Shown here: in pieces, positions 14,900-28,790 of the stretch | Position numbering within the stretch: the first letter of the stretch is position 1 | How the letters are laid out: each line of letters begins with the position of its first letter | Translations under genes and position numbers: made by a program | NCBI GenBank assembly: GCA_964016885.1 | Contig: OZ024740.1 | Location: 67,022,001 to 67,086,000, forward strand | DNA from: Eledone cirrhosa | Taxonomy: Eukaryota | Direction: 5' to 3' | Length of the DNA stretch: 64,000 nt | Notes under the pieces: model-generated | Told to the model about the DNA's origin: nothing | Database searches by the model: none | What the model saw: only the letters and a program-made list of their open reading frames with translations

Positions 14900-17630
14900 A
14901 AACGGAAGAGGGGCCGGAACGGTTTCGAGTGCGGCTGCTTCCACCACATTACCTGCGTTGGCTTGACTCGTCGAGCTTCCAATGTCGTCGCAGCGTAGAG
15001 GTGCAGGAGCTGTCTTTTCCCCACCTCTTCTCAGCCACAGCCGTCTGGCACACCACCAGATGGGACAGCGAGCTTGCCTGACACCCGAGGCTCGCTGGTC
15101 AACATCGCTCGGCTCAGGCGGCTCCGGAAGAACCCACTAAGGATCCCGCGAGCGGCACGGGTGCCGGTAGCCGATGCTCTCGCTTCCTCAATTGAGAGCG
15201 CCCTGGACTCCAATCGAGCCAGTGACTGGGAGCGGCTGTTCTATTTCGCCCTACTCGCTCTCGGCCTCCCCAGCTCTGGCGCTGACCGGGGCGCCCGGTC
15301 AACAGCAGCCTTCGTCAAGGCCCTTGTCTCGTCCATTCGCCGAGCGCCCATTCCAAGCTTAGCCAGGGACGCCACACACCCCACTCTCAGGTACCCCCTA
15401 TCCTCCACCCCCGAGGCCAGCGCCAAGCGTTTGCGTGACCAGGTTATCATGGGTGATGTCTCGGTCGCAGTCAGAGTTGATGCCTCAGAGGACACTGTCC
15501 TCCAACCCACCGAGGAGGTCCTGGCTGCTCTGCGGCTCAAACACCCTCAGCCACCCACTGATCTCAATCCCATACCCCCACTTGCTCCTTGTGGCTACTG
15601 ATGCAGACATCATGTTCGCCATCAGGTCCTTCTCACCTGGCAGCTGCGAAGGTGTTGATGGTCTCCGACCAGGCCACCTCAAGAAGTTGACATCCCCCTC
15701 TCCGCTGAGGCGGGGCGCCGCCTTCTGCGTGCAATTGTGGCGCTCACCAATAGGCTCATCCATGGTGCCCTGGACTCTTACGCCCGAGGCCTCTTTTTTT
15801 CGGCCAGCCTCACCGTTCTCAGGACGAACGAGGGTGGCATACGCCCCATTGCTGTGGGCAATGTTTTCCGGAGGCTGGCTGCCAAGGTGATCTGCAAGTC
15901 CGTAACACACCAACTGGGTGAGGAGTTTAGTCCGGTGCAACTTGGTGTCGGCGTGGCCGGTGGCTGTGAGGGGGCCGCTCAAGCAACCGGGAAGTTCTTC
16001 AACAGCTGCCCATCAGAACCGGCAACCAGGGACTCCAGGCACCTCTTGTCAAGCTTGACATGAGGAATGCCTTCCTACCCGCTGGCCTACTGAGGTCCAA
16101 CGGGGCGATCCTTTGTTCCCCCCCCCCCCTGTTCGACATGGTATTGACCACATCGCCGGGAGTATCACGGCCCCTCTCAACGTTTGGTATCTGGATGATG
16201 CTACGTTGGGCGGGCCCGTACGGACGGTCTGCCATGACTTTTAATCGGTGGTTCCTGCCCTGGCGGGAATCGGCCTCCAGGTCAACTCGGCCAAGTTGGA
16301 GGTTGTGAACGTCAGCCTCGATGCTGCGAACTTTGCAGCCTCCGTCTTGGGCGTGCGGTCCATTCTCCGCCAGGTTCAGGTGACCCACAAAGAGGATGTC
16401 CTCATCCTCGGGTCACCGATCAACCCGCCGGCCATCCGCTCCACCATCAGGTCCAGGCTTCAATAGCTCCAGACTCTCTCGAGCCGTCTGGGCTTGATTG
16501 ACATCTCTCCTCGCTGACCTCGATACTTGTATCTGAGCAGCAGCCGAGGGGATATGCAACGTCAAGTTTGACGACATAGAGTGGCAACAGGCCACTTTAC
16601 CTGTCAGGTATGGCGGCCTTGTCCTCCGGTCCCCGATCTCACTAGCTTTGCTGGCATATCTTTCGTCGGTAATCTCGTGCCACGTCCTCGTCAGAAGGGT
16701 TCTTCAAAACACAACAGAACCCTCTGTGTTCAGAGATCGTGAGGCCGCCTGTGAGACGTGGGACCGGCTGGGACTCAGCCCAGTAGACATCCCTCCTCCC
16801 TCTCCCCCTATTGACGTCAAGTCTCCCCAACGCACTTGGGATGCCATTCTGTGCAGCCTGGCCTCAGACAGGCTCACGCACCAGCTCGACCAGCTCCGCC
16901 TTGCTTGTTTTCGTGCGGCCTCCAAACCCCACAGTGCTGCCTGGCTCCATGCCCTGCCTTCCTTCTCCACTGGCACGCAGCTAGACAACCATAGCCTACT
17001 AATCAGCGTTTCCCTGACGCTCGGCCTCCGGATCTGCCAGCTACAACAATGTCGCTGCGGTTCCACCGTGGACTCTTTCGGCCTTCAACCGCTTTCCTGT
17101 CACCACCGTGCCGGCGGCCGCATTCCACGCCATGCTGCCCTCAACGAGGTCATTAAGCACGGTTTGGACGCTGCAGGCTTCCCTTTCTATCTCGAGCCGG
17201 TGGGGCTGGATCGAGGGCACGATAAAAGTCCAGATGGCATGACTATCTTCCCGTTCCGCGGTGGCAAACCCCTTGTCTGGGATGCCACTTGCACCGACAC
17301 TTTCTGCAGCCGCGACCTGGTGCACTCTGCGACTGACCCAGGTTCTGCTGCACGTCGGGCTGAGGGGGCCAAACTCATCAAATACCGGTCGTTCTCCCAC
17401 AGGTTTGCGGTCGTTCCCATAGCAGTGGAGACTTCTGGTGTCCTCGGCCCCAGGACTACCTCCTTACTCACCACCATAGGCGCTGAGCTGGCCAGCCCCA
17501 GGTGGGAGCACCGCGAGTTGGAGTGGCTTTTCCAGCGCGTCTCCCTTGCCGTCCTCCCGGGAAACGCCTTCTCCATTCTGTCCACCGGGGCTGTGGGTGG
17601 GCCCCATCGCGTACCTTTGTAGGTGTTGTA
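14900..17630 (+). mobile_element. CRE-like non-LTR retrotransposon, frameshifted and internally deleted
   Basis: GGIRPIAVGNVFRRLAAK, QLGVGVAGGCE, KLDMRNAF, WYLDDATLGG; C-terminal CRCG...LSC..RHAALN knuckle and PDG...WDATCTDT...AVETSG RLE domain. GC-rich island. Confidence 0.85.
16648..17622 (+). pseudogene. C-terminal zinc-knuckle + RLE endonuclease portion of the CRE-like ORF
   Basis: 324-aa ORF with SPDGMTIFPFRGGKPLVWDATCTDTF and FQRVSLAVLPGNA. Confidence 0.8.
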
Positions 17631-18483
17631 TACAGATATTAACTCATCAATCCCATTGTCCTAATATGAATATTATGGCTATATACGTCAGAAATAATTA
17701 TCCGATAAATATTATGACGAAAGAAAAACGATATTAGCTGTGAATGGTAATTCAGATAAAACTTATATGAAAGAATGTATACATCTATTCTTACAACTGA
17801 GTTAGTATCCTTCTGTGACACAATGGCGTTCAGTCATTAGTTTTATTCATATATTTTTATAAATATTTCCTTTTATGACGTAAACGTATGACACTTCTAA
17901 TAAACAATATGTTTTAACATTCTCAGGAACACAAAGATCAAGTCGATTTTTACTCTGCATTAAAGGTTTGACATGTTATAACATTACCCAAATAATTTTA
18001 TAGTTTCTAATTTGGTCATTTTAAAGAAAAATAACATATAGTTTGACACATTTGTGTCCACAATCTTTTCCAGATTTCTAACATTATGTTGATGTTAATT
18101 ATAAAGCCCTCCTTATAATTGAAATATTAGCTAAAAAAAAAAAATACTATCGATTCCAAAAGTCATGAATTGACAATTTATAGGTTTAAGTTTCTAACAG
18201 AGATAATTGAATGTAGATAGCCGTTTGAGATGTGTATTATTTGATGTTTTCAATTTCTGTTGCAAGAAAATGCTTAAAACGCAGACATTATTTAATAGTA
18301 TTACATGTAAAAATCTTAGACTATCTACGAAAGCTGTATTTCAAAAAGTTGAAATGTTTCGCGATTTAAACACACACACACGAACGCATAGCATAAACAC
18401 ACAGATACACACACTCATGGAAAAATCACATACAAATATTTATAGATGTGTGTGTGTATGTTTGTTTTGTGCACGCGTGTGTT

Positions 18484-18538
<55 letters not shown>

Positions 18539-19697
18539 GTTAATCCTGACTACCTTTTACATATATATGTATATATCGCGAAATATTTATTTAACTTTGA
18601 GATAAATCACTTCGTGGATATTCTAACCTTTTTATTTTGAATACTAGTAGATAATGTGTGCAGGCTGTAACTTACCGTATCGACAAGTAAGCTCGATAAA
18701 ATATATACGAGACTTCAAAAAATTAGTATTTGGATCTGTGATCAACTAATACGATTTAAGCCAGATTTCCGGTATAGTTTCAGTCTAATGACTGATATGA
18801 TAGGTATTTACATCTGTAGATATACGTGTATACTTACGTATGTATTATGTGTGTGTGCGTGTGCGCATCTGTGTGTACATGTATGCATGTGTATGTATAT
18901 ATATGTGTGTGTGTAAGTGAGTGTTGGTGGTTGCACATATACACGTGTGTGCAATAGCTTCGTCTGTTAAGCGAAGTAATTACAAACTATACGCTATTGC
19001 CAATACTGGTGTTATTTGTAATGGTTTAGTGGGTGTTATCGCTTCTGAAACTGACACCTACATAATATATCTAATTAAATTATTCTTCACTAGCTTTGAT
19101 AGTATTTTGATCTAATGTACATATTCATATAAATATGTGTGTGTCTCAAAATGACAACACTGTGAATAGGGCGCAACTTTTGGACGCATATTTAGTAATA
19201 TGGTATATGTGGTATTGATAGTCCATCAGACATTGGGAAAAACAGAATTTATAATGAATTGTTGTTGTTCATTCGTAGTGAGAGAATAATTGATGTTTGA
19301 TACCCTTCAAAAACCATGATAATGTATCCTCACTCCAGTGTGTCTTTAATGCTTGTGTTCATGTAAATCTAGGCATCTGATGCAAGGGGTCTATGTTGCA
19401 CAAGAGTGAAACGTTTAGTTGAAACATTTGCCTAGTGTAAGTTTAGTATAATATATGTAGATGTATCTGCTTATAAACGTAACAAGAAACAGATAATTTA
19501 TCTATACAAGAGCATATATAAATATTTTGTTACAACAAAATCATTAGAGCTTTGGTTAAAATATCCGTTAGAATACAATGTTTCCATTTCATGTATATAA
19601 TTAAGGATTGAGTTCAATAAATAAATAGTATCTATCGCTTTGTATATAACCCTTTTCACTCACTCTTACCTTATATCTCTTCCTCCACACAGACATC

Positions 19698-19730
<33 letters not shown>

Positions 19731-19879
19731 GTTTGTGTCCACACAGAATTCCACGCACACACACACACACATATATATGCAAGAGATGTCAACATGAATA
19801 GACCTGTTATTTTTCTCTAAAGACATTTTTTTCAACTCCAACCCGCCCGTCTCCTCAATCAATCTTATTTCTCATTGTT

Positions 19880-19915
19880 TCTTCTGATGAAGGACTAGCG
19901 TCAGAAACGTTAAGA
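19880..19915 (+). ncRNA. Minimal hammerhead motif in short non-coding repeat
   Basis: TCTT-CTGATGA-A-GGAC(TAGC)GTCA-GAAA-CG-TT-AAGA; palindromic ACGT stem III; one stem II mismatch (the 9518-9553 copy has GTCC). Confidence 0.65.
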
Positions 19916-20028
19916 CCCTCTTCCTATTATATCAAGCGTTAACATAATATATACCTTCCATATACTGTACCGATTGTGTTGTTATTTCTGTTTACCCTTT
20001 ACATATATATATATACAGTATATATATG

Positions 20029-20059
<31 letters not shown>

Positions 20060-20064
<5 letters not shown>

Positions 20065-20769
20065 CTATATAACTCAACCACACACACACCCCAAAAACAT
20101 TTTTTTTCTCCACACGCCACCCACACCCACAACACGCTTAAACCCCACACACACGTGCTTCCCACCACATATTTACACCCTCAGCCTCCTGATTCCTCTC
20201 CCCCCACCCCCCTATCCACACACGCACAGACACTCCGACCCCCCCCCCCCCCACACACACACCTCTTCCTGAGCATGCAACCCCGTTCTTCCCCCAACCC
20301 TCACTTTCATATACACACACACATACACACACGCACACCTACACGCACACACCACCTTCAGCCCTCCCCGCTCGGACACCCCGTCTCCCTCTCCCCACTC
20401 CACCCGCCACCACCCCTACTCACCCCACACTCTTCCACCACCTGTTTACCCCCCTTTTAATTTCAGTTTATTTTGATCACGCCTTTATTTTTAAATTTTC
20501 TCATTCTTTGTATTTTGATCATGCTTTATTTTTATTTTTTATATTTTTTGTCTTTATTTGTTAATTTTTCATTCACACCGTTTCCTTTCGCTATATGTCT
20601 CTCCACCACTCCCCTACACACCTTTTGAACTCTGTTCCCACACACTTCTCACCTGAGGAAGGGCTTCTGCCCGAAACGTCGTCCCCCACCTACCCCCCAC
20701 TCTCCTGAGCGTGAATTTAATAAACATTTATTGTACTGCCTCTCTGTTCTGTCCCTGTTCAAATTTTTC

Positions 20770-20772
<3 letters not shown>
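20060..20772 (+). mobile_element. Penelope-like terminal repeat (pLTR-like, C/A-rich) with HHR, between TA tracts
   Basis: C/A-rich low-complexity body, HHR at 20651, then GAGCGTGAA..TAATAAAC tail shared with 7798-7860. Confidence 0.55.
20651..20682 (+). ncRNA. Minimal hammerhead motif
   Basis: AC-CTGAGGA-A-GGGC(TTCT)GCCC-GAAA-CG-TC-GT; perfect core, GUC cleavage triplet, stem I only 2 bp. Confidence 0.65.
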
Positions 20773-20820
<48 letters not shown>

Positions 20821-21084
20821 GATCCGAAGAGAATGTTTTGGTAAAAACAGGGGCAAGCAGGAGAAACATATCAACATTCGTAGTTTTTAGTTACGATGGA
20901 GATTTTATAAAAATAACAAAAATAATAACGCTGCTGTTACATAAATCGTTTAATCATTATAATTACTAGCAGAAAAACCGCCCCCGTCGGTTTCTGCTAG
21001 TATATGTAGTTTGCGTATTCGTTTTATATGCAAATATATATGCTTATAGATATGATATGTAAATTGAAAAGTAAATTGACAATA

Positions 21085-21540
21085 TCTTCTTCTTCGCCCA
21101 CTTTCTGAGAAGGTCGTGGGGGGTAGAGGGGGGGTTCAGAATCCTCATCAAACACTCTTTCCAGTTAGTCTGTCAGAAGCAAACAACTCTAACTGATCCG
21201 GCTGGATTCCAAAGCGTTAGCAGCCAAGCTCATGGATTTTATCCAACTACCTTGCTCGGGGTCTACCTCTGGGTCTCTTGCTGGTTGCTTTTGCCGGTAA
21301 ACTCTGTCCAGTGATTCTTTCCTGAGACATTCTAACCACATGCCCATAGTATCGGAGCTGTGATCTCTCAATTAGGGGAAGTAGCGGCTCTACCAGGGGT
21401 GACTCTCTGATCTCTGACATATGCCCTTTATCGAGTAACGTTACTTCAAAGACCCTTCTGAGGAACCACATTTCTGCCGTTTGTATTTCAACTCCTCCAG
21501 CTGCTTCAGTGGAGCTCCATTCACATTTATATAAATTTGA
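21085..21540 (-). mobile_element. RTE-clade LINE 3' fragment
   Basis: AEMWFLRRV...SQLRYYGHVVRM...KRPRGRPR; short (GAA)n tail near 21085. Confidence 0.8.
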
Positions 21541-21859
21541 GCGACGTCTGTCCATTCGCCCGTCACAAAATGTGTGTATGTGTGTTTGTGTGAATGTATG
21601 TGTGTGTAAAACGAAGGAATGGGATACACACATATATGTTTCTAACTTAAAAACGGTGACACATACACATATATATGACACACACACATATATATATATA
21701 TATAGTAATAATAATAAATTTGAAGACTAAAATCCAAAGAGGGCTCGATAAGGATAAATATATATCAAATATATAAGAACCGTAGAGCAAATATTTATTA
21801 ATATAACAGATTAAAGTTTAAGCAGCGATTCTTTGCTTAAATTTTAATCTGTTATTTTA

Positions 21860-21898
<39 letters not shown>

Positions 21899-21959
21899 CA
21901 TGTCTCTAATTAAAGAATACTGACAAACTCACGCGCGCGCACATACACACACTGTAAAA

Positions 21960-22380
21960 GCTTTGGCCCGGGCAAACATCTCAATTTTGAAACCGTCTGG
22001 GTTGTCCAGAATTGATGGGAAATGATCTGACGGTCTTACCCTGTGATCCTGGTCAAGATGCAGATGCCTTGCCTGGGGACATCACAGTTAATGACTCTTT
22101 TGCTTCTTCCCACATCCTGGATGCAGCAGTAAGGGCGAGAGCCACACCACCCGCAGCTCAACAGAACAACATCCTAAAATACCGTGAACTACATTTTCCA
22201 GCCTGTGGCGTTCTAGACGTTTCGGGAAGTCGGGCTACTGACTGCGAGATTCCTATCTTCGTGGGCGGCTCGCCTAACAGAGGTAACAGGTGAAACTCAT
22301 GAAGGCGCTTGGTTGTTCCAGTACCTCAGCCTCGCATTCACCCGAGGTAACGCTGCGAGTGTACTGGCGTGCCTCAGATA
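21960..22380 (+). mobile_element. Highly degenerate CRE-like RLE-domain fragment
   Basis: LPGDITVNDSFASSHI...KYREL and ...TRGNAASVL remnants parallel the 17200-17590 region. Confidence 0.5.
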
Positions 22381-23264
22381 TTATTAGAGAGGTTTCCCAG
22401 TACTCCCCGCGATATTGTTATCTTTTGCTCTGGTTATCTTTCGCTTGCCTTTTGTTGTATGTGGTCCTAGATGTGTGTATTACCTGCTCGTAATGTATGT
22501 CTATGCACATACGCACACACGTACACAAACGCACACATATACCCATACGCACACACATACACGTCAGCGCGTTGAAAAACATACTAATCTCTTCATCCCT
22601 CACCTCTCTCTCTATATATATATAGAGAGAGAGACATAGAGATAGATAGATAGATAGATTGATAGATAGAGTGAGAGAGAGAGTGTGAGAGAGAGATAGA
22701 AAGAGAGAGAGTAAGAGAGAGAGAGAAAGAGAGAGAGGTACAGTGCTTAGAGTTGTTTTGAAAATTAGTTTTGTTTACAAACAGCGGAAGTTTATTTCAC
22801 TATCTAGTTTTATATATCACAGTCTCTTTGTATCTCTCTCTTCACACACACACACTTTCTTTCTCGCTCTGTCTATATATATATATATATAAATATATAT
22901 GTGTGTGTGTGTGTGTGTGTGCGTGTGTGGGGAGGGTGTCTTTGTGTGTGTGTGTGTGCGTGGTGGTGGTGGTTGTGGCGATATAACGGAAGTATTGAAA
23001 TGTGAATCTTTTAAAAGAAGTGAATCTTGAAATATGCAATAAAATTATTTATGATTAATCATTTGTTACGAAATTGAGGAGATAAATTATGTAATATTCA
23101 TTCATTATCTATTCAGAGTAACGGATCTCTTCGAAGTTATTAGATCTTCTGAAACTAAAAAAATCAATCTGTGAACGCAGAAGTAAATATTTGGAAAAAC
23201 GTTACATTCTATATATATATACACACTATATATATACATGTATACACACACACACCGCGTCATA

Positions 23265-23548
23265 ATGTCGTAATGCAGACAGCCAGACACAGAGACAGAT
23301 CTTATAAGGGCGCAACGTTATATCTATGTATCTATCTAAAAGAGAAAGACTAAGAATTATAGAGAAAGATTGCTAAATCGCATAATGCGGTCTAGATCAT
23401 TGAAAATTTGAAATTTACTTTGCTCAAAAGACCCACAGGACCATAAGTATTACATGTGTAAATATTGAAAACAATCGGTTGGGTGGTTCTACAGTTTTAG
23501 TGAGCGGACAGACAGACATTCTCTGTTTTTATATATATATATATTAGA
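23265..23548 (-). mobile_element. 5' fragment of non-autonomous Helitron-like family (see 38850-39749)
   Basis: Reverse complement is homologous to 38850-39140 and begins TCTAATATATATATATAAAAA. Confidence 0.65.
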
Positions 23549-23608
23549 TTATCTCTGTAATCTCTCACTGTCCAACTCACAATCAGAGTCACTATCTCTA
23601 TCACGTTA

Positions 23609-23665
<57 letters not shown>

Positions 23666-23744
23666 ATGTGTATATATATAAATTTGCACTATATATATAT
23701 ATGTATGTGTATATATATAAATTTGCACTATATATATATATATG

Positions 23745-23824
<80 letters not shown>

Positions 23825-23889
23825 TGTATATATATATATAATAATTATATATAATTATATATAGATATAGATATATATATATAATTACT

Positions 23890-24922
<1,033 letters not shown>

Positions 24923-25040
24923 TATATATATATATATAATTATATATATATATTTATATATATATAATTATATATATATATATATATATATAATTATATA
25001 TATATATATATATATATAATTATATATATATATATATATA

Positions 25041-25102
<62 letters not shown>

Positions 25103-25439
25103 TACAATTAATGAAATATTACAGACAAATACGCACACAAAAATATATATTTCACTCACATACACATTCGCCTACTAGCTGTTATTTTTTTAAGCTCTCA
25201 GCCATTTTATAGCAGCCATCCTCACAGTTTCTTCCACGACGATTTTTTTTTTTATATGGAATGATTCATCTGAGATTATGTATTTCTTAAAAATAATTTT
25301 TAATATAATTATGAAGCTTCTATTTTCATTTTATGATATATTTCGATATATTTTCAAAAGATTTATTTGATTTTTAGTATTGTTATCTGAACGAGCCTGT
25401 TCTTCAATTTTCTTAATAAACTGTCATTATTTTTTTCAG

Positions 25440-25601
25440 ATAATTGCTATTCTAAATATTGTTATGTACAAAGAACCCGGTCTCAATGGTACAGAATACC
25501 CATATTGGGCCAGAATTATCGGTTGGCTCATAGTTGCTTTTCCACTCACCATTATGCCTGCTTGGTTTTTATACAAATATTGCTCACAAGGTGGATTTTA
25601 C
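25440..25601 (+). CDS. Penultimate coding exon of an SLC6-family Na+/Cl- dependent transporter (end of TM11, EL6, TM12)
   Basis: ttttttcag acceptor; 54 codons IIAILNIVMYKEPGLNGTEYPYWARIIGWLIVAFPLTIMPAWFLYKYCSQGGFY with the SLC6 YP-W---GW motif; GTACGT donor; phase 0. Confidence 0.82.
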
Positions 25602-25641
25602 GTACGTATCATTAAAGACAACTCATTTTTTCTCTTCTACA

Positions 25642-25743
<102 letters not shown>

Positions 25744-26189
25744 GAAGAGCACACAATTACACATGAATTACTTAGATAAATACCTACACAGACTATATCT
25801 CTTTCACTCACACAGACAAACACTATTATATATAATAAAATATGTAATGCAATAAGGTTAAATTTCACCACAGTATATGTATACTTAATAGCTGTTATAC
25901 GTATATCCATGGTATAGTTTACGTAATTGTTACGTAATTATAAAATTTCCAGGTGTGATTTCGTCAGACAGCTTTTACTTGTACACATTTTTGTGAAATA
26001 TTGAATAGTCGGTTTTGGGTGATCATTCTCTGAGGACATGGTTGAGGACTTAAAGTATGCAGTTCACCAGGCAACCCCAGATATCAATATTTTTTACCAA
26101 CCACTTATTGAAATCGAGGATCAAATTTTGGCCATAACAGGCAAAGATTTGCAAGAGTCCGGCTCTGGAATGCCAAAAACAAACCGTCG

Positions 26190-26665
26190 TTAAGGAGTAC
26201 AAATCAGTTTCATTCAGTCCTTGAGCCACCTGGAACTCCTCCCCATAAACTTTTTTCTGTAGGTAGGAGTCCCAATAATACTTCTAAGAAATTTAGATCC
26301 TCCTAACGTATGCAATAGGACAAGGTTGGTTGTCAAGACATTATCACCTAATGTAATAGAAGCTACCATCATCACGGGATGTGCTTCTGGGGAAGAGGTT
26401 TCATTCGATGAATTCCAATCAAACCAACAGATATGCCATTGAGTTCAAACAAACACTATTCTCAGTGCGACTTTGCTTCGAAATGTCTATTAATAAAGCT
26501 CAAGATCAGATTTGAAATCTACAGGCTTGCACTTAATTGAGCCTTCCTTTTCTCATGGTCAACTTTATGTTGGTTGCTCCAGGGTGGGTAGTTTACAAGA
26601 CTTATTTGTCTATGCTTCAAACCAGAAAATGAAGAATGTTGTTTACCCAGAAGCTCTTACGTAAT
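26190..26665 (+). pseudogene. Helitron PIF1-like helicase C-terminal relic
   Basis: Manual translation: PPHKL..VGVPIILLRNLDPP..RLVVK..VIEATIITG..SINKAQ..FSHGQLYVGCSRVG..KNVVYPEAL, with stops and frameshifts. Confidence 0.85.
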
Positions 26666-26744
26666 TGTGATAGAATTTATCTCCCTTCATAAAAGTGGTA
26701 AATTTTGTCTTTTCGTTTCTTCTTCTCATTATTATTATAAATAT

Positions 26745-26872
26745 CGGTAGAGGTTCGGACGCCATGCTTTGCAGCACAAATTACGGCCCTTTCCATTCTG
26801 AGTTCAAATCCCTCCGAGGTAAACTTTGCCTTTCATCCTTACGGGGTCGATAAAATAAAGTACCAGTAATGA
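26745..26872 (+). mobile_element. tRNA-derived SINE (main family in window)
   Basis: GAGTTCAAATCC B-box, then TTTGCCTTTCATCCTTACGGGGTCGATAAAATAAAGTACCAGT, shared by many copies in the window. Confidence 0.8.
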
Positions 26873-27527
26873 GTTTTCGAGTTGAAAGTTTTATATTTTT
26901 AGATTTCCTTCTTAATCGTTTAAGTTAAAAGAGGAATAATGCAGTTGCACAGTCCAATATTGTTTAATTTTATTTTCCGTTCCTAGTCTGATCTTCCAAA
27001 AAGTGTGGAATATATTGTGGTTTTTCAGCTAATATCGTGTCTGTGCTTTTATAAATGAGAAACTTTCCAGCGACTCGTATAGAAAGCGACAATGAAACTC
27101 AAAATTTCTTGTAGAAGATAATATGGAGAAAATATTGAAATATTAATGGAATAATGAACATTCTCGTTCCAAAACTTGTATACACAGTATTATAATATGG
27201 AAAATAATTAACTATACTGAAAAAGCTCGAGTAATCTAGTGTCTTCTGTATGATATATTGCAAATATATATCCTATACACAAGTTTCATTATCTCTCATT
27301 TATCGCTTATTTATCATTAATATATGTGTGTGTGTGTGTGTATGTGTATATATATATATATATAAAAGGCATGTATTGAGTTAGAAACTCAAATGGTCTC
27401 TTAGAATAAATTAGCTCTAGGAAAGAGGTTTTTCCGAGCCGTATAATATAACTGAACAAAAAAGGAAAACAAACACAGACATATACATATATGTATATGT
27501 CTGTGTTCGTTTTCCTTTTTTGTTTAG

Positions 27528-27587
<60 letters not shown>

Positions 27588-27609
27588 GTGTGTGTTTGTA
27601 TATATATAC

Positions 27610-27890
27610 AGAGCTGTATGGGAGTATCCCAAGAGTCAGCTCAAAAGTGACACAGAGGAGACTGAGGTTAGCTGGACATGCTCACCGACATCTAGAGTTG
27701 ACATTGCACTCAGTACTCCTTTGGGAGCCCCTACATGGACACACTAGAAGAGGAAGACCAAGGTTAACGTATGTTGATGCCCTAAGGACAGACACTGGTC
27801 GGTTGGAGACACAGGACAGGGCAGCGATAATGAGGGACAGAGACCGCTGGAGAGAACTCGTCCATGGATCTCGGGAATTTTACCCGCCTT

Positions 27891-27892
<2 letters not shown>
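27610..27892 (+). mobile_element. RTE-clade LINE 3' fragment
   Basis: ELYGSIP...RRLRLAGHAHR...LLWEP..GRPRLTYVD...MRDRDRW; lies between TA tracts. Confidence 0.8.
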
Positions 27893-27931
<39 letters not shown>

Positions 27932-28387
27932 GGCGTGGGTGCATGTGTGCAAGTGCGCATGTGTGTAGAAAACATACTCTAAACCCTGTCACCAAAATTG
28001 TTAAAAATCACATAATTTGAAATGTACATCTGTAAATATACTTTGAATAATTGTTATTACATTCACTTTCATTTTACTAGAACAATATACAAGAAAAATA
28101 TGAATTGGTGAACATAGAAGGAAATAGATGGGGCGAGGAGAGAACTAGTTGTCCATCCACTGCGACGCAATTACAGTCCATCTGTTGTTCTGCCTCCTCC
28201 GCTCCCCTCACTGATTTCAATCCACATCACTTAAACACTATGATTTAGAATGAAAAAGAATATTAGCACAGTTGGATTCTTTTTTTCTACATCCATAACT
28301 TATTTTTAATGAAATAAAGAAATATCAAAAGACAATTATATCTTCTGATTTCATATATCTTTCTCATACGATGAATAAAGCAAATAA

Positions 28388-28468
<81 letters not shown>

Positions 28469-28537
28469 CATACATACATACATACATACATACATACATA
28501 CATACATACATACATACATACATACATACATACATAC

Positions 28538-28606
<69 letters not shown>

Positions 28607-28610
<4 letters not shown>

Positions 28611-28790
28611 AACGAGTAGGACCCCGACGGCTAATCTCAAGCCGTTTCGACGGCTAATTCTGGACAGAGTCCAGAATTGGCCGTCGAAACGGCTTGAGCT
28701 CACTCCTAGTACCCACTCTACTACCCTAAGTATTGAGTACTTTGGTGCGTTATGGTCCACCTGGTTCCTTACCACATCTCCTTCATTATA
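28607..28790. mobile_element. Short TA-embedded repeat with terminal GC-rich hairpin
   Basis: TACCCACTCTACTACCCTAAGTATTGAGTACTTTGGTGCGTTATGGTCC shared with 36085-36135, and on the opposite strand with 9645-9695 and 47580-47628; hairpin at 28636-28698. Confidence 0.75.

Noticed and set aside
15031-17585. Many overlapping minus-strand ORFs in the GC-rich island
   Set aside because: Expected by-product of GC-rich CRE-like coding sequence; all recognisable motifs are on plus.
25591-25596. Alternative donor AAG|GTGGAT for the SLC6 exon
   Set aside because: Would be phase 1 and break the frame into the WGP-containing exon; the donor at 25602 keeps it.
28636-28698. Resemblance of the nested palindrome to a parvoviral terminal hairpin
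   Set aside because: No NS1/Rep or capsid remnants nearby; it belongs to a short interspersed family.
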